Source of the DNA: Octopus vulgaris
Taxonomy: Eukaryota
NCBI GenBank assembly: GCA_951406725.2
Contig: OX597815.1
Location: 44,392,001-44,456,000, forward strand
DNA length: 64,000 bases
Direction of reading: 5' to 3'
In this document: one piece after another, positions 55,795-64,000 of the stretch
How the letters are laid out: each line of letters opens with the position of its first letter
Position numbering within the stretch: the first letter of the stretch is position 1
Notes under the pieces: model-generated
What the model was told of the DNA's origin: nothing
Database searches by the model: none
Seen by the model: the letters and a program-made list of their open reading frames with translations, nothing else
Translations under genes and position numbers: made by a program

Positions 55795-56338
55795 ATTCCT
55801 GTACAACACGAAAAAAACATACCTTGGGGCTTAACATATGTCCCGACCGGCAAGAATAATGTGTTAACGTCTATCTACACAATTCAAATTCTCAATTCAA
55901 GCGTCATGCACGACGTTTATAAGAAGAGACCATTTTAAACGAACCGCTGCGAAGAACCGGATATGAATGAAAAGTAAATAATGTAAGAGGAAGGAATGTA
56001 AAAAATACATTACGCAGGATATATTGTCGACAATTCAAAATTATCCATGAAATGTAATCAAAATGTTATTTCATAGAAGAAGAGTGGAACAATTGTGAAG
56101 AATCATAATTATAATGGAGAGGGCTAAAAAGCCTTACATGCCTAGAAATAGCAGTCAAAATCGCCATAAAGCCACTATAAACACTCACATCATTTCTCCT
56201 TATTTTTGATTGCATGTTCTAGCCATGCAATATATTCGTGGCTAAATTGGAAATTGTCTACAACATATTCTGCGTAATGCATTTTTACATTCCTTCCTCT
56301 TTTATACACGCACACTCACACACACACTCACACACACA

Positions 56339-56397
<59 letters not shown>

Positions 56398-57065
56398 CAC
56401 ACACACACACGAAGACACAGGCCTGGTAGGATGATTCAGAATATTGCTTCACAAGCTCATGGTCCTGGGTTCAGTCCCATTGCGCGGCACCTTGGGCAAA
56501 GTGTCTTGTACTATAGCTCCGGGTGAACCAATGCCTTGTGAGTGTTATTGGAAGACGGAAACTATATTTTTTTTTAAATTAATAAAAGTGGCAATTTTGT
56601 ATACATATATACATCTGTGTTTGTCCCGCAACCACTGCATGACAGCCGGTGTTAATTGTTTACGTCTACGCAACCTAACGCTTCGGCAAATGAATCCGAT
56701 AGAATATATAGCAGAGTTAAAAATAAGTCCTAGGGTCGAATTGGTTGCCAAAATCTTTTCATAGTGAAGCTCCAGCATGGTCACAGTCCAATGACTGAAT
56801 CGAGGAGGGATAAAAAAATTAGCATGTTGATTCTTTCAGTCGTGTTATCTTCCAGTATTATTTTCTATTATGTTGTCTTCGTTCCACAAGGGTTCATCAG
56901 TTGCCTTTTTTTCCCCCTTTACATATGATCACAAATGGTCAATTTCTCTGTCTCTCCATAAATTATGGACAAATATCTGAAGACGGATGTGTTACAACAG
57001 CCGAAATCCTGTGACTATAGCACCCGAGATGAGGACACAAGGTCGAAAATATCAATGTATAACAT

Positions 57066-57623
57066 TGGTTTCAAATTTTTGGCTTAAGACCAGCAAGCTC
57101 GCGGTAGGGGCCAATGCTTAACTGGGACTTATTTTATCAACCCTGAAAGGATGTAAGGCAAAGCCGGACTTGGCTGAATTTGAACTCAGAATGTTAAAGA
57201 CGAACGAAATGACCTTTATTACCCACAAGGGGCTAAACATAGAGGAGACAAACAAGGACAGACAAACGGATTAAGTCGATTACATCGACCCCAGTGCGTA
57301 ACTGGTACTTATTTAATCGACCCCGAAACGATGAAAGGCAATGACGACTTCGGTGGAATTTAAACTCAGAACGTAACGGCAGACGAAATACCTATTTCTT
57401 TACTACCCACAAGGGGCTAAACACAGAGAGTACAAACAAGCACAGACAAACGGATTAAGTCGATTATATCGACCCCAGTGCGTAACTGGTACTTATTTAA
57501 TCGACCCCGAAAGGATGAAAGGCAAAATCGACTTCGGCGGAATTTGAACTCAGAACGTAACGGCAGACGAAATACCGCTAAGCATTTCGACCGGCGTGCT
57601 AACGTTTCTGCTAGCTCGCCGCC
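57066..57623 (-). mobile_element. SINE family A, head plus tandem body units
   Basis: Two near-identical units with the AAGAAATA|GGTATTTCG junction, then an older third unit. Confidence 0.88.
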
Positions 57624-58089
57624 TTTAAACAACAGGATATTATATATATCGTATGTTCCAACACGGCATTCGCCTCTACACGCCGCCTAGTATAATAATG
57701 ACAATCTAACAAATACAAACACACACACACACACGTGTGTGTGTGTGTGTTGTTGTTGTTGTCGAATTTATAAAGTTTTACTCTGACTTTAAAGTATATG
57801 TATTTCTGTACTTTTTGATAATTCACTTTCCAATCTGTTTATTTATCTACAGCATATCAATCTATGTATTTGTTGCATATGTATACGAGAACGTTTATCT
57901 GGTATTTCTCTATAGAAAAATATGTGAAACACACTCTTTGCTCTATACATAATTTTTCCCGCCTTTTTCATTCCTCTCTATCGCTATCTTTATCAAACAC
58001 TGTCTACTTCTGTCTTTCTCTCGCACTTCCCATCACTATCTTTTCTCTCTTTTCCTCTCCTCTCTCCACTCCACACACACACACACACA

Positions 58090-58130
<41 letters not shown>

Positions 58131-58840
58131 TCTCTCACACACACTCACACACACTCCGTTCCTCTGCATTTGTCTGTCTCTGTACACATACGAACAACAA
58201 CCGCGAAACGGACGGTCGCTGCCCTTATATTCTCGAAAGGAATTTTCTTCAAATTGAAAAACGTGTATGACAGTCCGATAACGTTATTAAGGACTAGGTT
58301 CGATGTGATTTTACACACGCAGCTTATAAGCAAAAGGAAAATGATTTTGTTAAGAGACTATAAGCGCAGTGAACGTATTTCCACGAACGCGTTATGTATA
58401 AATATATTACGTCTTTATTTTAATCGTCGTTCCTGAGTATGCGTATTAATTCCAGCTAGACATGGAGTTATCTACCATTTTTCATCTTTGGACCCCTCTG
58501 ATTACTATTTTATTCTGGTGGACTCCATAACTGTTTGATGTTTAAAAACTAGTTTCATAGAAACTTCTTTGAAAATTCTTATTTTGTCATTCACACATTA
58601 ACTTGTGTAGATAGAACTATGTAAAATGTTAGAGAAAGAAACCTAGTAGATTTTCACAATACATACCAATGCTTACATCTAGGGCAAAACATTTCCATGG
58701 GCCCTCAAAATACTATTATGGATCACCAATTGACTAATTTGTTGCATGGACCCCCAATTTTCTTATATGGACCTGGTTGAGAACCCTCTAGCCAACACAC
58801 AGTGCGAAAATATATTTTGCTGTTAACATATAGGGTGTGC

Positions 58841-58892
<52 letters not shown>

Positions 58893-58918
58893 GTGTGGGT
58901 GTGTGTGTGAGCGTATGC

Positions 58919-59334
58919 CATACCATCTTAAAGCATGGGAACATTGGGCAGTTACCTGAGAGGTGGGGGCTAACGTGTCTGAAGGCTCACTTTTGATTTA
59001 TTTATGATGTGGCTTGCTCTCAATATATAAATACTATAGGGCCCAATGCATTGAGTTTTGACCGAGGAACTAACCAGTTCAGGGGCTCAATTCTGGACCC
59101 AGAGCAATGATTTGTCCCAAGGCTTCAAGGGGCCTAATAGTAATCTACGTAGGCAATGGTTTTCTGAAATTAATAAATAATATAGTACTTAATGCATTGA
59201 TTTACCCAGGGGCCTCACAAGTTTAGGGATCCAAATCTAATATATATATATGTTGTAGCTTGCCATCAATAGATAATATAGGGCACAGCGTAATGATTTT
59301 CCCAGGGGCCTATAATGCTGTTAAGATGACCCTA
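58919..59334 (+). mobile_element. hAT-like non-autonomous element with internal ~100-bp repeats
   Basis: Ends CCATCTTAA / TTAAGATGACCCT are inverted; subterminal GGGGCC motifs; shares its repeat unit with 14310-14885. Confidence 0.55.
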
Positions 59335-60063
59335 TGTATAGGTCTGTATATGTATGTAAAGACAAGGACACTTTCGTTAATAAAAATTTCATATTTTAAA
59401 ATCCCAATTTGCCCTTTCCATAATCATATTTGTTTATATTTCGACTATTTCTAAAATTATTCCTATTCTTCGCTCTATAGATCGACCAATCGTGAACTTA
59501 CTTTTTTTTTTCTTCCAGTTTATATATTTTATTTTTATTCCTATCTGTACATCGTTTCGCTACGATAGATGTAACTCTGGGAAAATTCTCTCCGTTCTGG
59601 GAAAAATGTTCACAGAGTTCAATGATCGCTACAAATTAATCCTGTCAACAGTTATGTGGAACTGAGAGAAGCTCATCAAATTTCATTCTCAATTTGTTCT
59701 ATTTGAAGGTCACAAGGCTATTTCATAATGTTGTTGTTGACTAAGTAAAAATAGATTCACGGTTAACAGATTGGATTACACTAATTTCATCGCTGCAAGC
59801 AACTATTTTATTTATTTAATGATTTATCTTTTACCTTATCTTTGTTACAGTCATTGGCCTGCGACCATGCTGGCGCACTGCTTTTGAAGATTTTAGTCGA
59901 ACAAATAAACCCCATTACTTTTATTATACTTTATATAGCGTGAAACCACTAAAACGTCTCGGAAACCAACCGAGAAAATCAGTTGCGAATGTTTCTTGTA
60001 CCGTGATTTTGTCTCCCTTTTCTGTCCGTTATCTTTTCGTCCAGTTTTCGTTTATTTTTCCCT

Positions 60064-60094
<31 letters not shown>

Positions 60095-60291
60095 GTAAAT
60101 CCCTCCAGGGACGATTTACGTTCATGTGTTAGGCGCAGGCGTGGCTGTGTGCTAAGAAGCTCGCTTCCCAACCACATGGTTCAGGGTTCAATCCCATCGC
60201 GTGGCACCTTGGACAAATGTCTTCTAATATCGCTTCAAAGCCTTGTGAGTGGATTTGGTAAACGGAAACTGAAATAAACCTGTTGTATATA

Positions 60292-60340
<49 letters not shown>

Positions 60341-60554
60341 GTGTCTGTATCTGTCTTTGTACCTTCACCATCGTTTGACAACAGAAGTTAGCGGTTCGGC
60401 AAAAATGACCAATAGAATAAATAGCAGGCTTACAAAGAATACGTCTAGGAGTCGATTTCTTCGACTAAAAGGCGGTGTTCCAGCATGGGCACAGTCAGAT
60501 GACTGAAACAAGTAAAAGAATAAAAGAACATACATACACATACACACATACACG

Positions 60555-60658
<104 letters not shown>

Positions 60659-61604
60659 AAATGTTACTGTTTGGACTTTGGGTATATGTCTGTTAGTATG
60701 TCGATTAAATTGTTATTAAAAAACACATGTCATCTTAAGCTCTTACCATAAGAAAACTAAGGAAAGTAGACAGAAATGCAGTTTCTTTTTGCAGTCCCAA
60801 CCTTTCTATTTCAAATTTTCTTTCTTTTTGTTTTTTATATTATAACTTTCAGTCAAGAGGGAAGACAGTACGCATGACAGTACTCATCTCCTGTCGAGTC
60901 TGGTCTGGAAAGTTATCTTCAAATTGAAAATGTGGTCAGAATGCTTACAAGAGATACTAGAGTTAAACCGAGCGACGCAACAAGTCTACGTTCCCACAGA
61001 ACACAAAGAGCTGGGACGAATACAAGGCATTCAGTCCGACGTTATTACAGTTCCACTACTGCAGCTCCCTAAATTAGTACTTTTTTCTTTCTTTTGTGAC
61101 CTCGTAAAGACGAATGGCAAAGTTCACTTCGTCTTGATTTGGTCTCAGAATACAGATGCACTATGCATTATCTTTCTCCACCACACTTCCGTTTTGTTGG
61201 TACGCACTCTACCAAGCTCAATATTATAGATTTTATTCCCCTGTAATACCTCTGACTGTATCTCTGTGTTACAAATCATCATTAACTCTTTCCCAAGAAA
61301 ATTAAATTTCATGGTTATTCCAGTAAAGATGTCTAGCATAAAGTAAGACTGGTATTTTTTGTAAGTCATGTGGCCTCAACAAACTTGACATATTTCAAAA
61401 GAAGAAAAATAGTTTTAAATATATCCCTCAACAAAAGAGATTGCACTATAAAACTACTTAATGTAATTGAGGGTTATAAGATTATAAGTGGGTATATCAT
61501 GATTTCTGTAATAAAAGGGTTAAAGACACATATTTATAAAGGATGGAACAGTCTATTAGATCAACTTTAGAACTTGACTTTTAAGTTATCTAGCCTTAAA
61601 ATAT

Positions 61605-62058
61605 TGGTTTCAAATTTTGGCACAAGGCCATCAATTCTGGGGAAGGGGTTAAGTCGATTACACCGACCACAGTGCTCAACTGATACTTATTTTATCGACC
61701 CCGAAAGGATGCAATAAAAAGTGGAGCTCGGCGGAGTTTGTATTCAGAACGTAAGTAATGACAAACGAAATGTCGATGAATATTTTGGCTGGCGTGCTAA
61801 CGATTCTCCCAGATCTCCGCCATCCACATAAATATAATATTGGCTTCAATTTTGGTAAAAGGCCAGCAATTTCTTGGAAAGGGTTAAGTAGATTACATCC
61901 ACCCCAGTGCTTAACAGGTGCTTACTTTATCGACCCCGAAAGGATAAAAGGCAAAGTCAACCATGGCGGAATTTGAACTCAAAATGTAAGTAAAGACGGA
62001 CGAAATGCTGCTAAACATTTTGCCTGACGTACTAACGATTCTCCCGGCTCGCCGCCTT
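61605..62058 (-). mobile_element. Two head-to-tail SINE family A copies
   Basis: Copies at ~61605-61822 and ~61840-62058, both followed by TCCACATAAAT; other family A copies at ~48200-48530 and ~51905-52112. Confidence 0.85.
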
Positions 62059-62754
62059 CCACATAAATTGCTCCATTCTGAACACACCAACATACATCAT
62101 CAGTTTTCACCTTTTTGCTGTTTATAACACAATGACTTGCCGACACACTCCACCACAATTGTCTCCTACAAGTCTAGTGAGTATCATTAATGCGAGAGAA
62201 CATCACAGCTTCTCCCCCCACACCGCATACATACGCACGCGCAAATGCTTCGCTAACTTAAGAGAAATAAGATTCTGCAACTTCGCCTGTATTTTTACCT
62301 CCCCACTGTCTGCCTGCTTGTTCCGAGACGGTGTTTTTCACTAACGGCCTAGAAGATAAATATAAAATGTAAAGATAAACAGGCATTAAGGGCTTAAAGG
62401 CTGCAAAACCCCCATCCCACCGCAGAAACTTACAGACAAACACATAGACATACGAACATGCTGTTGAGCGAACTACTAAAGTACCTCAACAGGTTGTATT
62501 AGGGGGGCCCAGTCCGTCACATTTTTTCCTCTCGCTACGGGAGTCTGTAATTTGAAACGGCAATGCATGCAATTTATTTGTTAAATGTGTAAGTGGTAAT
62601 AGTATTATTGTTAGGCGCATGTGTATGAGTTAATTAGGGTACGTATTTCTGTATAGGAATATATGCACACATGTATGCTTCATGTATGATTGTCTGAGTG
62701 CTTGTATATACATGTGTGAGTGTGTGTATGTATGATATATATATACGCGTGTGT

Positions 62755-62800
<46 letters not shown>

Positions 62801-62905
62801 GTAGTTAAGTCCTATGTCCAGCCATAAAGTGACCTATGGTTTCGTATCCACAAAGGGCTTATCTCCTTGCTTCCCAGAGTTGAAGAGTTACATAGTCTTC
62901 TACTT

Positions 62906-62969
62906 TAGAGTCTGACGAGATGACCATGGGGCTGGGCTCTTTCTGGATGCGAAACCATTCGTCATTCTA
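62906..62969 (+). ncRNA. Type I hammerhead ribozyme motif
   Basis: UAGAGU-CUGACGA-G...C-GAAA-CCAUUC-GUC-AUUCUA: intact core, GUC triplet, 6-bp stem I (one G.U), 2-bp stem III, imperfect stem II. Confidence 0.7.
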
Positions 62970-63051
62970 TGACTGAACATAGGCTTAACTACATATAAAT
63001 ACTGCTCTATGCTTTAGAGTATGCTTCTTTTTCGGATATACGATACATTGA

Positions 63052-63191
<140 letters not shown>

Positions 63192-63200
63192 CTATATATA

Positions 63201-63366
63201 GGCGCAGGAGTGGCTGTGTGGTAAATAGCTTGCTTACCAACCACATGGTCCCGGGTTCAGTCCCACTGCGTGGCATCTTCGGCAAGTGTTTTCTACTATA
63301 GCCTCGGGCCGACCAAAGCCTTGTGAGTGGATTTGGGTAGATGGAAACTGAAAGAAGCCCGTCGTA

Positions 63367-63415
<49 letters not shown>

Positions 63416-63621
63416 ATGTTTGTGTGTCTGTGTTTGTCCCCCTAGCATTGCTTGACAACCGATGCTGGTGTGTTTACGTCGCCGTCACTTAGCGGTTCGG
63501 CAAAAGAGACCGATAGAATAAGTACTGGGCTTACAAAGAATAAGTCCCGGGGTCGATTTGCACGACTAAAGGCGGTGCTCCAGCATGGCCGCAGTCAAAT
63601 GACTGAAACAAGTAAATGAGA
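63201..63621 (+). mobile_element. SINE family B, full length and young-looking
   Basis: Nearly identical to 32223-32628; inserted in (TA)n. Confidence 0.92.
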
Positions 63622-63669
<48 letters not shown>

Positions 63670-64000
63670 TAGGCGTGCAGTCCATGGAAGCAAGGGAAGC
63701 AATGGTTCCCTTAAAAACTTATAGAAACAAAATTGAAACTATATTACTTAATGTTCTGTTAAATTGATATAAACTACATGGCATCATAGGCTTCTGTCTT
63801 TTATTGTCGGAATTAGTATGAGACGAGAAGCAGTGGCAGACGACACAAAAAAAAACTATGCGAGGGAAGCAATACGAGCTGTTGCATCCTTTTGGGTGTA
63901 ATATTTTAACATTTATTAATTCCGATAAAAATGCCACAAAGACAAATTTTTTCTAGTAAGAGCCGATAACGTACAGTTTTAGATGTTAATAAATACTTAT

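Noticed and set aside
62461-62492. Hairpin CTGTTGAG-N16-CTCAACAG
   Set aside because: An 8-bp stem is too short for a pre-miRNA and is expected by chance

Overview
This is repeat-dense animal DNA. The SINE/LINE repertoire and extreme microsatellite load ((TA)n, (CA)n, (CATA)n, (GATA)n, (TAA)n) look like an octopus genome, which is an inference from pattern recognition and not a database result. I found no intact host protein-coding gene, and most of the ORF track is microsatellite translation artefact. The window holds three CR1-like LINE copies, R4/Dong-like fragments stacked in (TAA)n, a decayed Vingi/Ingi LINE, RTE and Tx1-like fragments, mariner and DD37D-type Tc1/mariner relics, MITEs, a non-autonomous Helitron and many copies of three tRNA-derived SINE families. 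The most striking feature is a very young non-coding 644-bp tandem repeat at 44445-46194. Each unit carries a type I hammerhead ribozyme, and the array ends in a ~600-bp palindrome whose centre lies 10-14 nt downstream of the predicted ribozyme cleavage site, as expected of a retrozyme or non-autonomous Penelope-like element. Several other distinct hammerhead motifs sit beside (TA)n tracts. There is also a duplicated ~550-bp non-coding module with conserved E2F, D-box, NR5A and Fox-like sites.
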